Below, in pieces: positions 1 through 8,417 of a stretch of DNA of 64,000 nt (its first letter is position 1; every line of letters begins with the position of its first letter). The stretch spans positions 31,673 to 95,672 of the forward strand of contig JBAZJQ010000001.1 of assembly GCA_041651235.1 (NCBI GenBank), read 5' to 3'. The position numbers and the translations under genes were made by a program. Under the pieces are notes generated by a model, which was given only the letters and a program-made list of their open reading frames with translations, was not told the origin of the DNA and made no database searches. The stretch is from Candidatus Pacearchaeota archaeon (GTDB lineage Archaea > Nanobdellota > Nanobdellia > Pacearchaeales > GW2011-AR1).

Positions 1-417
1 GCCTTTTTTTGAATTTTTTAATAGCTTTTCATAAGCAGTTCTTAATCCTTTTTTTCCAATAAATATTTCTGCTTCCTGATGGGGTTTTATTTCCTGAAGT
101 TTTTCTAAATCTGGAAGAATTTTATTTAAAGATTGTTTTTGCTCTAATATTTCTGTTTCTTTTTTGTCTAAATAATCAACTAAATTATATGGAGATGATG
201 CTTGAAAATACTTTGTTTTATTTTTTATAATAAAACTTACAACTCCTTTATCTATAAGTCTGTTAAGTATATCATAAACATTAGAATAAGATACTCCTGA
301 CTTTTTTACAATAAATCCTGCTGTTGTGCTTCCTAGCTCACTTAAAGCTAAGTAGACTTTTGCTTCTCCTTCTGTAAGTCCTATTTTTAATAAATTAAAA
401 ATTTCATTATTTATCAT
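1..417 (-). CDS. TrmB-family transcriptional regulator (partial, C-terminus runs off window edge)
   Basis: Reverse-strand ORF starting at ATG 417, open through position 1. N-terminus MINNEIFNLLKIGLTEGEAKVYLALSELGSTTAGFIVKKSGVSYSNVYDILNRLIDKGVV is a typical TrmB wHTH. Not in the ORF track because it is truncated by the window edge. Confidence 0.6.
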   Translation of the reverse strand, partial: MINNEIFNLLKIGLTEGEAKVYLALSELGSTTAGFIVKKSGVSYSNVYDILNRLIDKGVVSFIIKNKTKYFQASSPYNLVDYLDKKETEILEQKQSLNKILPDLEKLQEIKPHQEAEIFIGKKGLRTAYEKLLKNSKKG

Positions 418-528
418 GGTTGTTTTAAGGAATTATAATATAAAAATCTTTTTATTACTCCTACTGTACAGGGGAACTAATTATTATAATTAAACTTTGC
501 TAAATATTATGGAGGGTTAGGAGGAAAC

Positions 529-1014
529 ATGCCCATATGCGGATTTAATCAAAAAATGCTTGAAGGACTAGAAGCATTTAATCTTGGGCTTATAGAAAAA
601 ATGCCATTATGCGGATTTAATAAAAGAATGCTTGAAGGTCTCACAAACTTGAATGAAGGATTAGTGGAACATGGATTATTTTCAAGAGCTGAAAAAAATA
701 ATGAAACTTTAGACCAAGCAATAAAACGAGAGATTTCAGATATGTCCAGATTAATTCTGGAACTTAATAGGATTGATGATACTGCTAAGAGAATTTTAAC
801 AGAAGGCATAGTAAAATATGCTATGGGATTCTATTTAATTATGAGAGCAAATGGAGTAAATAATATTCAAACAAATTATAAAGATATAATTGAGGGACTC
901 AGCAATTATTTTTTTGAAATGGATAAAAAATATTATGGAGAATTAGAAGGCAAGCCAGAAGATATGAAAGAGCTTGCTCAATATCTAAATCAAATGAATT
1001 TACTGGAGAAATAA
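529..1014 (+). CDS. hypothetical protein with duplicated MPxCGFNxxMLEGL N-terminal motif
   Basis: 161-aa ORF. GGAGG-like RBS at 511-526. Internal repeat MPICGFNQKMLEGL / MPLCGFNKRMLEGL. Paralogous to the next ORF. Confidence 0.5.
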   Translation: MPICGFNQKMLEGLEAFNLGLIEKMPLCGFNKRMLEGLTNLNEGLVEHGLFSRAEKNNETLDQAIKREISDMSRLILELNRIDDTAKRILTEGIVKYAMGFYLIMRANGVNNIQTNYKDIIEGLSNYFFEMDKKYYGELEGKPEDMKELAQYLNQMNLLEK

Positions 1015-1016
1015 AA

Positions 1017-1358
1017 ATGCCGCCAAGTGGGTTTAGCCAAGAAGCAATAAATGGATTATTAGACTTTGTTGGGGATATTTATAATAATACATTAACAAAA
1101 TATAAAGGACAAAATCTTTCTGAAGAGAGATTTCTAAATCAAAGTATAGAATATTTAAATAGTATAGTAGAAAAGTCTATCCCTATAGCTTTAGATGGAA
1201 TTGTTTCAGAATTAGGGATAAAGGGTTTACAAGCATTTGTTTCTATAAACTTTAAAGATTTAATTAACGAAATTCATCAGGGCAAAAAATCAGAGGGAGA
1301 AGCTATGCAGACAGAAATAAAGCATATTGATAGTTACTTATCTAAATTCAAAATTTGA
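1017..1358 (+). CDS. hypothetical protein, paralog of preceding gene (MPPSGFSQEAINGL start)
   Basis: 113-aa ORF directly after the previous stop, with a similar N-terminal motif. Confidence 0.45.
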   Translation: MPPSGFSQEAINGLLDFVGDIYNNTLTKYKGQNLSEERFLNQSIEYLNSIVEKSIPIALDGIVSELGIKGLQAFVSINFKDLINEIHQGKKSEGEAMQTEIKHIDSYLSKFKI

Positions 1359-1410
1359 TTAGATTATTACAAATAAAAAGCCTTAAAAACATTGAAATTC
1401 TTGTATTTTT

Positions 1411-1665
1411 GTAGACAGGCTGGCGCGTTAGCCCTGCGCCATTTGCAAGTGGGCTTTAGGCAGGCTTAAGGGAGGAAGTGATATGAACTTCAGAGAAACC
1501 TAAATTAGACGTTGAGGTTTTGTCCTTTTTGATCTTGCTGTTGTGAAATGAGTCAGGCCTTGATCGGAGCAGCTCTAATCAGTAGTTAAGATGCTTAGAG
1601 GGTAGCGAAACTGAGAAAGATTTAGATAACTTTTCTAAGGTTTGTTGAGCAACCTCCTGGTCTAC
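1411..1665 (+). ncRNA. candidate signal recognition particle RNA (7S/SRP RNA)
   Basis: About 50% GC island in a roughly 28% GC genome. 5' GUAGACAGG pairs with 3' CCUGGUCUAC as a terminal helix. Internal GAGUCAGGCCUUGAUCGGAGCAGCUCUAA resembles the conserved SRP helix-8 motif (GGUCAGGUCCGGAAGGAAGCAGCC). A-rich TATA-like stretch at 1366-1380 and a T-tract at 1666-1675 immediately downstream. The only ORF here (1622..2029, minus) looks spurious. Confidence 0.55.
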
Positions 1666-1675
1666 TTTTTATTTT
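1666..1675 (+). terminator. oligo-T archaeal terminator following the putative SRP RNA
   Basis: tttttatttt directly after the 3' strand of the terminal helix. Confidence 0.4.
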
Positions 1676-1778
1676 AGTATTTTTCATTAAATGTTTCTGT
1701 ATTCTACAACCGAAACATTTAAATAGTATTATGAATATATATTCATAATTAAATTGTATGAATAGGAGGAAAAATAAA

Positions 1779-2033
1779 ATGCCAAATATGGATGGAACTG
1801 GACCAAATGGAATAGGGCCTATGACTGGAAGAGGATTAGGGCCATGTGGAGCTGGTCTTAGAGGATATGGAAGAGGCTTTGGTAGAGGATATGGAAGAGG
1901 ATTTGCTTTTAGAGCAAGACTTAATCCAGTAAATCTAACAAAAGAAGAAGAAAAGAAAATTCTTGAAGCAGAGCTAAACGAAGTTAGTTTGGAAAAGCAA
2001 GAAATTGAAAAAAGATTAAAAGAAATCAAGTAA
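1779..2033 (+). CDS. DUF5320-like Gly/Arg-rich small protein
   Basis: AGGAGGA RBS at 1764-1770 then ATG 1779. MPNMDGTGPNGIGPMTGRGLGPCGAG start resembles the MPxxDGTGPxGxGPMTGRGxGxCxG family that usually pairs with DUF134. C-terminal coiled coil. Confidence 0.6.
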   Translation: MPNMDGTGPNGIGPMTGRGLGPCGAGLRGYGRGFGRGYGRGFAFRARLNPVNLTKEEEKKILEAELNEVSLEKQEIEKRLKEIK

Positions 2034-2039
2034 TTTAAT

Positions 2040-2333
2040 ATGGTAAGACCAAGATTATGCAGAAGAGTAAGATTTAATCCTAATGTGACTTATTTTAAGC
2101 CAAGAGGGATCCCTTTAAGACAGTTAAATGAAGTTATTTTAACTATTGATGAATTTGAAGCAATTAGATTAAAAGATTTAGAAAGCTTAGAACAAGAAGA
2201 ATGTGCTAAAAAAATGAATATATCTCAGCCAACTTTTCACAGATTAGTTGTAAGTGCAAGAAAGAAAATTTCTGATGCAATAATTAATGGTAAAGCAATA
2301 AAAATTGAAGGTGGAAACTTTTCTTTTAGATAA
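2040..2333 (+). CDS. DUF134/UPF0251 family predicted DNA-binding protein
   Basis: MVRPRLCRRVRFNPNVTYFKPRGIPLRQL...ISQPTFHRLVVSARKKISDAI is the typical UPF0251 sigma-70 region-4-like protein. Confidence 0.65.
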   Translation: MVRPRLCRRVRFNPNVTYFKPRGIPLRQLNEVILTIDEFEAIRLKDLESLEQEECAKKMNISQPTFHRLVVSARKKISDAIINGKAIKIEGGNFSFR

Positions 2334-2389
2334 TTTTAGTTTCCTTGCATTTCCTAAAAACTTTTAAACCATGGATTTTTTAGGGTTTT

Positions 2390-2512
2390 ATGGAAGAAGA
2401 AACAAATATACAAACAGAGGCTGCTGAAACAACAGAAAGCCCAACAGAAGAAATAACAGAAAGTGCTGAAGAAACAACTTCTACAGAAACTTCTGAAACT
2501 TCTGAAGCATAA
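2390..2512 (+). CDS. possible 40-aa acidic Thr/Glu-rich micro-protein
   Basis: Intergenic ATG ORF MEEETNIQTEAAETTESPTEEITESAEETTSTETSETSEA, followed by a T-rich terminator-like stretch. No homology inferable. Confidence 0.2.
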   Translation: MEEETNIQTEAAETTESPTEEITESAEETTSTETSETSEA

Positions 2513-2703
2513 AACTAAACTGATATGTTTTATGTATTTTTAATTTTTTATCAGGGCAGGGGGGTGGGATTTTTGTTTTAGAAAAAATTAATTATATTGA
2601 TAAGGTTAATAACTAATACTCTTGCTGATGAGGGAATTAAAATGTTTATGAGATTTCTTTTTATATTAATTATATTTATATATACTAATATATTTAATTT
2701 ATT

Positions 2704-3339
2704 ATGAATAAAAAGGAGAAAACTTTCTTAGGAAAGACAAGTTTTATCAAAGAATACCTTTTTCTGAAAAAAGGTAATCCAAAATCAACTTTCTTATTTG
2801 AAAATAAAAAAGGGCAGTTTTATCTGGTTGCAGCAATATTAATTGTTATGATACTTTTTGGTATTTTTAGTGTTAGAAGTTATGCTGTTGTTAATTCAGA
2901 ACCAAGAAAAGTGCAAGATATAAGTAGCGAATTAAAAGAAGAAACAGCAAGAATAGTTGATTATGGTATTTATTCTGCATCAAATATAACTCAGTTATAT
3001 GAAAACTTTACAGATAAGGATTATTCTGAATATTTTTTAAAGAAAACAGAACAAACTAATGTTGTTTTTATTTATGGAAATAAAACAAATCTTTATAGTA
3101 TTCAGTATCTTCCTACAGAAACAGGAACTGTTTCTGCTACTCTTGGGGGAGCCTCAACTGTATGGAATGAAGAAACAACTTATATTAATAAAACAAAAAT
3201 AATTCCTATTGCTGGAAGTACTGTACTTACTGTAAATCTTTTTGATAAAGAATTTAAATTTGATTTAAGAGAAAATCAAATGTTTTACTTTATTGTTGCT
3301 CAACAGCAAGAAGGGGAAATTTATGCTGAAAGAAATTAA
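2704..3339 (+). CDS. hypothetical membrane protein, possible prepilin-like (KKGQ|FYLVAAILIVMILFGIF)
   Basis: 211-aa ORF. Class-III-signal-like segment about 30 aa from the annotated start, so the true start is uncertain. First gene of the pilus-like locus. Confidence 0.45.
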   Translation: MNKKEKTFLGKTSFIKEYLFLKKGNPKSTFLFENKKGQFYLVAAILIVMILFGIFSVRSYAVVNSEPRKVQDISSELKEETARIVDYGIYSASNITQLYENFTDKDYSEYFLKKTEQTNVVFIYGNKTNLYSIQYLPTETGTVSATLGGASTVWNEETTYINKTKIIPIAGSTVLTVNLFDKEFKFDLRENQMFYFIVAQQQEGEIYAERN

Positions 3340-3449
3340 AAAGAATTAAATAGGAGAAAATACTGATAAGAAAATATATTAATAATCCATTAAGACACAA
3401 GCTAAGCTGAGGATATGATTAAGATATTTAAAATAAAATAGAAAATAAT

Positions 3450-5126
3450 ATGAAAAAGAGGATGAATAAATTGGGGCTGAGTTTAATTGTTTCATATGTA
3501 CTTTTAGTTTCAATTGCAGTTGCACTTGGTGCAATTTCTTATGTATTTTTAAAAGAATATCCCAGTATAATAAAAGAACCTGTTGATTGCAAAGATGATA
3601 CTTCTATAACATTAGTAGGATACACAAATTCCAGCACAGAATTAAAACTAATAATAAGGAATAATGGTTTGTTTAATGTTAATGGATTTATGATTGCTGT
3701 TGGAAATATAACTGGAAGAGTTCCTATTGAAAAATTATGGAGTGCAGATGGTTCACCTACAAATCTAACTAAAGGAAGTTACAATTTTAAAAATCCTCTA
3801 AGACCTGAAGAATCGATTCAGACTATTTTTGTTAAAGAAGCTGGTTATGATGTAAAGAAGATACAACTGCAACCATTTATTATTGGAGAAAATGGAGACC
3901 AGATATTATGTTCAAAAAAAGTTATAACTCAAAAAGTTGATGCTTCACTAACTCCAATAGAAACCTGCGGGGATAATATTAAAGACCCTGGAGAAGATTG
4001 TGATGGAAGTGATTTTGGTGCGAGTTATGATGGAACTTGTGTGAGTTATAGTTCATCTGTATATTCTTCTGGGGATTTAAAATGCACTTTTGGTTGTTCA
4101 ATTAGCACTGTTAATTGTGTTTTAATTGGAGCTCCAGAAACATGCTCAGATGGAGTTCAAAATCAGGGAGAAATAGGAATAGATTGTGGAGGGCCTTGTA
4201 CTGCTTGCACGACTGCTCCAACATGTTCAGATGGAATTCAAAATCAGGGAGAAACAGGAATAGATTGTGGAGGGCCTTGTACTGCTTGTTCTCCAGCTGG
4301 CGCTTATATAAAATTCAAGACAAGTAATTTAAATTATCCAGATACTTCACAGATATACTATAATAATGGAACTTGTGGAATTAATTTAACAGAATATAGC
4401 CGTACTAATACTTGGTATAATGATGCTGGTGTAAGTTGCGATAATCAACTTGGTGCAGGAAATTTCCTTTTCAGTATACCTGGAATAGATATGTTCACTT
4501 ATTCAGGTAAACCTCTTTGCTCAAATTTAAGATTATATAAAGACGGGGATTTCCTTAATGTTTGTGGGAATAATGGAAACTATATTGGATACAAGAGATT
4601 TACAAAAACAGCGAATAAAATATCTCGTTTTTCAACAGATTCTAGCAAGGAAATAAGTTGCACAGCAACATGCTCAGATGGAATTCAAAATCAGTATGAA
4701 ACAGGTATTGATTGCGGAGGGCCTTGTACTGCTTGTGCTTATGTTAAATTCAGGACAAATGATTTAACTTATGATACTTCAGGATCTGCAATAGCATATA
4801 CTACCTCTACAGAGTGCAATGGTTTAACTAATTTAGAAAAATTTATTGGGGGAGCTAAAATTAATGACGCAGGAACTTGTTCGAGTACTTTTAGTTCTGC
4901 GGAGGGATATGTATTAGTATTTTCAAATATTCCCGGAGATATATCTCCTTATTCTGGGACAACTTATTTATATAAAATAAATAGTCCTTCATATGGGACC
5001 TATGCTTGGGTTTGCACTTATGATGCTTCACTAGGTAGACATATCTATAAAAAATATACTAAAGATGCTGGGACAATCTCCACAGATAGGTTATCAATAG
5101 ACCCAACTAAAGAAGTATCCTGTTAA
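3450..5126 (+). CDS. secreted Cys-rich repeat protein with N-terminal hydrophobic anchor or pilin-like signal
   Basis: 558 aa. N-terminus MKKRMNKLGLSLIVSYVLLVSIAVALGAI. Three copies of the 22-aa module CSDG(I/V)QNQGE(T/I)GIDCGGPCTAC, encoded by near-identical 69-bp DNA repeats. Confidence 0.6.
   Translation: MKKRMNKLGLSLIVSYVLLVSIAVALGAISYVFLKEYPSIIKEPVDCKDDTSITLVGYTNSSTELKLIIRNNGLFNVNGFMIAVGNITGRVPIEKLWSADGSPTNLTKGSYNFKNPLRPEESIQTIFVKEAGYDVKKIQLQPFIIGENGDQILCSKKVITQKVDASLTPIETCGDNIKDPGEDCDGSDFGASYDGTCVSYSSSVYSSGDLKCTFGCSISTVNCVLIGAPETCSDGVQNQGEIGIDCGGPCTACTTAPTCSDGIQNQGETGIDCGGPCTACSPAGAYIKFKTSNLNYPDTSQIYYNNGTCGINLTEYSRTNTWYNDAGVSCDNQLGAGNFLFSIPGIDMFTYSGKPLCSNLRLYKDGDFLNVCGNNGNYIGYKRFTKTANKISRFSTDSSKEISCTATCSDGIQNQYETGIDCGGPCTACAYVKFRTNDLTYDTSGSAIAYTTSTECNGLTNLEKFIGGAKINDAGTCSSTFSSAEGYVLVFSNIPGDISPYSGTTYLYKINSPSYGTYAWVCTYDASLGRHIYKKYTKDAGTISTDRLSIDPTKEVSC
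4139..4289 (+). repeat. two adjacent near-identical 69-bp intragenic repeats (Cys-rich module)
   Basis: 4139-4207 and 4221-4289 differ at only a few positions. A third copy lies at 4688-4756. The frame-shifted ORF 4115..4327 is an artefact of this repeat. Confidence 0.85.
4688..4756 (+). repeat. third copy of the 69-bp intragenic repeat
   Basis: acatgctcagatggaattcaaaatcag...ggagggccttgtactgcttg matches the copies at 4139 and 4221. Confidence 0.8.
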
Positions 5127-5219
5127 TCAAAAATCTTTATATAGGGGAGTTGGTTTATTATCTGAAGATAATAAAAGAGCACTAAAATAGTAAAATAATA
5201 TTGAGACAGCAAAAAAGAG

Positions 5220-5684
5220 ATGGAAATGAGAAAGATTAAAACAAAAAGAGCAGTGAGTCCTGTTGTTACAACAGTTCTGTTAATTGCTATGGTGATTATT
5301 ATTGCTATTATAGTTCTCTTGTGGTCAAGGGGTTTTCTTAAAGAAAAAATATTAAAACAAATTGGAGGAGCTAACAAACCAATTGCAAGTGTTTGCAATG
5401 AAGTAAGTTTAAGAACATTTGCAAATGATGATGCAACATTTGGATTTACAAATATAGGAAATGTCCCTATTTACGGCATTCAATTGAAATTAACTGAATC
5501 TGGTTCAGGAAGTACATACACAGAAGGCATGGTTAGAAAAGTAAATCCGGGATTATCAACAACAATTGAAACTTATCCTTACACAGATTATACTAATATT
5601 GAAATAGTTCCTATTTTGCTTGGAAAAACAAAAGGAGGAGTATTAAGAGAATACAATTGTTCTGAAAATGGATTTAGGGTTTAA
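5220..5684 (+). CDS. archaeal type IV pilin (class III signal peptide)
   Basis: MEMRKIKTKRAVSPVVTTVLLIAMVIIIAIIV matches the archaeal pilin N-terminal domain pattern (KxAVSPVIATVLLI...). Confidence 0.7.
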   Translation: MEMRKIKTKRAVSPVVTTVLLIAMVIIIAIIVLLWSRGFLKEKILKQIGGANKPIASVCNEVSLRTFANDDATFGFTNIGNVPIYGIQLKLTESGSGSTYTEGMVRKVNPGLSTTIETYPYTDYTNIEIVPILLGKTKGGVLREYNCSENGFRV

Positions 5685-6186
5685 AAGAAAAAAGTTTGGT
5701 AAAGGTGCACAGTCAGATGTAATATCAACTGTTTTGTTGATTTTATTGGCAATAGTTGCTATTGGAATTTTATCTGCATTTATTGTTCCTTTTATAAAAG
5801 ACAGACTTTCTTCTGGAAATTGTCTGGATTATGTAGGTAAATTTGAAATTGCAAATAATCCTGCATATACCTGCTATAATCTTTCTGGTTTGAATAATAT
5901 GAGTTTGAAAATAGATGTTGGGGATATTCAGAATTATAAGGGATTTGCAGTTGAATTTGATTTAGGAGCTACATCAGAAACTTTTAAAATATATAATGGA
6001 ACAACAGACCCTGTAAAGATGTATAACGGTTCCAGTTCAATTAAACTCCCTGATAATAATGGAGCTGAAACTTATTTAATTGCAGTAAATCCAAAACCTG
6101 AATCAATTAGTTTGTATATTATCCTTGAAAGCGGGGAAGTATGCGACACTGCAGATTCTTTAGAGTTTATTTCAGATTGTCCATAA
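5668..6186 (+). CDS. archaeal type IV pilin-like protein
   Basis: KGAQ|SDVISTVLLILLAIVAIGIL class-III-like signal. Overlaps the previous gene by 17 nt. Confidence 0.6.
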   Translation: MDLGFKRKKFGKGAQSDVISTVLLILLAIVAIGILSAFIVPFIKDRLSSGNCLDYVGKFEIANNPAYTCYNLSGLNNMSLKIDVGDIQNYKGFAVEFDLGATSETFKIYNGTTDPVKMYNGSSSIKLPDNNGAETYLIAVNPKPESISLYIILESGEVCDTADSLEFISDCP

Positions 6187-6188
6187 AC

Positions 6189-6725
6189 ATGAAAAATATT
6201 AAATCACAAATTTGGGTTGAAAATGCAATTTATATCCTTATTGCAGTAATTATAATGGCTGGGCTGTTATCAATAGCTTATCCTCAAATAGATAAATTAA
6301 AAGACAAGAATATTATGAAGCAGACACTTAGTGCCATGAATGTTCTCGATGATAAAATAATAAAACTTCAGCAAGCAGGAGAGGGAAATGTTAGAACAGT
6401 TGATTTCAAAATATCTTCGGGGCAATTAGAGATTGATGCTCCTAATAATACTCTAAGATACATACTAGAAGATACTAGATTGGAATTATCTGAAATTGGT
6501 CAGGAAATAGAATATGAAAATAAGATATTTATTAAAACAGAAAGATTTGGAGATAATTTCAAGATAACTGCAAGAAAAGATTATTCAAATATCCTGAACA
6601 TAACTTACAAGGGACAAGAAGCAGTAAAAACACTTTATGCTGGAACAACTCCTTACTCACTTGTACTTGAAAATAAAGGTTCAGATATGGCTGCTGGAAA
6701 AACAAACATAGATATAAGTGCATAA
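6189..6725 (+). CDS. type IV pilin-like protein (start revised to ATG 6189)
   Basis: MKNIKS|QIWVENAIYILIAVIIMAGLL with Glu at +5 of the putative mature end. Track ORF 6141 begins with an implausible 16-aa Arg/Phe leader. Confidence 0.55.
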   Translation: MKNIKSQIWVENAIYILIAVIIMAGLLSIAYPQIDKLKDKNIMKQTLSAMNVLDDKIIKLQQAGEGNVRTVDFKISSGQLEIDAPNNTLRYILEDTRLELSEIGQEIEYENKIFIKTERFGDNFKITARKDYSNILNITYKGQEAVKTLYAGTTPYSLVLENKGSDMAAGKTNIDISA

Positions 6726-6806
6726 AATTTGAATAATTTATTAAGGCATAACAAAGATTTTTTAAACTACAAAACATGTTATATTATACAAACTAAAAGA
6801 GGAAAA

Positions 6807-8405
6807 ATGAGCTTAATAGAAATTAATTTAAATCCCAGTATCCCTGCATTGCCTAAAATAGAGGATAAAACAAAGATAAATATAAGGTATGCTCTTATTC
6901 CTCCTTATGCAAGTGTTCATATTTATTGGGATAAAAAAGAAGGAGAATTAATTTATCATCTTGAGGAGCCTATTTTAAATAGTTATGAAAAACAATTATT
7001 AGAAACCCTTGAAAGAACCTTAGGAGAGATGGTTAATGTTAATGTTTTAATTGAAAAAACAGTTGAGTCTATGATAGCTTATATCGACCAAACTTCAAGA
7101 TTATTAATTGAAGAATTAGCATTAAAAGTAGATACTACATCTTATAAAAAAATATTTTATTATTTGTTTAGGGATTTTGTTGGATTAAATAAAATTGAGC
7201 CTTTAATGAAAGATTATTTTATTGAAGATATAGAATGTAATGGAATTGATACTCCTGTTTACATTGTTCACAGGCTATACAGGAATATGAAGACAAATAT
7301 TGTTTATAATTCACTTGATGATCTTTCTAGTTTTGTTGAAAAAATAGCACAGAGATGCGGGAAATATGTTTCTTATGCAAATCCTTTGCTTGATGGAAGT
7401 TTGCCTGATGGAAGCAGAGTTAATGCAACATATACTAAAGATATTACCAGCAGAGGCCCTACTTTTACTATAAGACGTTTTACTAAAACTCCCTGGACTC
7501 CAATTCAATTATTGAATATGAAAACACTAAGCCCAGAAATGCTTGCTTATTTCTGGATATTATTAGATTATAAATCAAATATTTTAATTACTGGAGGAAC
7601 TGCTTCTGGTAAAACAACTTTGCTTAATGCAATTGCATTTTTTATTCCTCCTGAATCAAGAGTAGTTTCAATTGAAGACACAAGAGAATTAAATCTCCCA
7701 AGAGAAAACTGGCTACCGAGTGTTGCAAGAAGTGCACTTGGAACAGGAAGTGTTGGAGAAGTTGATTTATTCAGTTTATTAAAAAATTCATTTAGACAGA
7801 ATCCAGATTATGTAATTGTTGGAGAAGTTAGAGGAAAGGAAGCTTTTGTATTATTTCAGGGAATGGCCTCTGGACACTCTTCTATCAGCACTATGCACGC
7901 AGATTCAGTTGATACATTAGTTAAAAGGTTAGAGACTCCTCCAATTGAATTATCCCCTACTTTGCTGAATACTTTGGATTGTGTTGCTGTAATGACTCAT
8001 GCAGTTGTTAATAAACAAGAAACAAGAAAATTAAGAGAAGTTATTGAAATTGTTAATGTTGACAATGCAGGAACTGCACTAACAAATACTCCTTTTATAT
8101 GGAATGCAAGAGAAGATGTATTTTATTTTAAAAAAGACAGCAGAGTTTTTCAAAAAATATCCAAAAAATTTGGATTAACATTTGAAGAATTAAACAGAGA
8201 ATTTGACTTAAGAGCGAGATTATTATATGAAATGCAAAAAAGAGGAATTTCTGATTTCAACAAAACTCAGAAAATAATTAATGAATATCATAAAAATCCT
8301 CAGGTAGTTCTTCAGACATTTGGCATAATGGGCAGTCCAGCTGGCAGCCAGCAAACAGAAAATTCTGGTGAGAGTATTCAAGACAGTATGAAGGATTTTA
8401 TGTGA
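6807..8405 (+). CDS. type IV pilus/archaellum assembly ATPase (FlaI/TadA/VirB11 family)
   Basis: Walker A GGTASGKTTLLNAIAFF. SIEDTRELNLP and VIVGEVRGKEAFVLFQGMASGH motifs. Start placed at ATG 6807 (MSLIEINL), in frame with track ORF 6729. Confidence 0.85.
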   Translation: MSLIEINLNPSIPALPKIEDKTKINIRYALIPPYASVHIYWDKKEGELIYHLEEPILNSYEKQLLETLERTLGEMVNVNVLIEKTVESMIAYIDQTSRLLIEELALKVDTTSYKKIFYYLFRDFVGLNKIEPLMKDYFIEDIECNGIDTPVYIVHRLYRNMKTNIVYNSLDDLSSFVEKIAQRCGKYVSYANPLLDGSLPDGSRVNATYTKDITSRGPTFTIRRFTKTPWTPIQLLNMKTLSPEMLAYFWILLDYKSNILITGGTASGKTTLLNAIAFFIPPESRVVSIEDTRELNLPRENWLPSVARSALGTGSVGEVDLFSLLKNSFRQNPDYVIVGEVRGKEAFVLFQGMASGHSSISTMHADSVDTLVKRLETPPIELSPTLLNTLDCVAVMTHAVVNKQETRKLREVIEIVNVDNAGTALTNTPFIWNAREDVFYFKKDSRVFQKISKKFGLTFEELNREFDLRARLLYEMQKRGISDFNKTQKIINEYHKNPQVVLQTFGIMGSPAGSQQTENSGESIQDSMKDFM

Positions 8406-8417
8406 ATCTTTGATGTT

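Noticed and set aside
549-809. Short antisense ORFs throughout (for example 549..809, 5123..5398, 12881..13228, 35370..35808, 56995..57222, 60620..60859)
   Set aside because: They are embedded antisense within longer ORFs that have recognisable domains. In an AT-rich genome, low stop-codon frequency on the antisense strand generates such ORFs by chance.
1622-2029. 135-aa minus-strand ORF
   Set aside because: It overlaps the 3' end of the GC-rich structured RNA candidate and the well-supported DUF5320-like gene on the opposite strand. It is Pro/Leu-rich as expected from antisense of Gly/Arg codons.
2621-2644. CUGAUGAG within the repeat core, considered as a possible hammerhead ribozyme
   Set aside because: Only this copy has the exact CUGAUGA box. 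All other copies read CAGAUGAG or CGGAUGAG, breaking the invariant C3/U4. No appropriately spaced GAAA plus stem III was found.
4115-4327. 70-aa ORF in an alternative frame inside the 3450 gene
   Set aside because: Created by the near-identical 69-bp repeats (two Arg/Asn-rich copies). It is fully contained in a much longer, coherent ORF, so it is an artefact.
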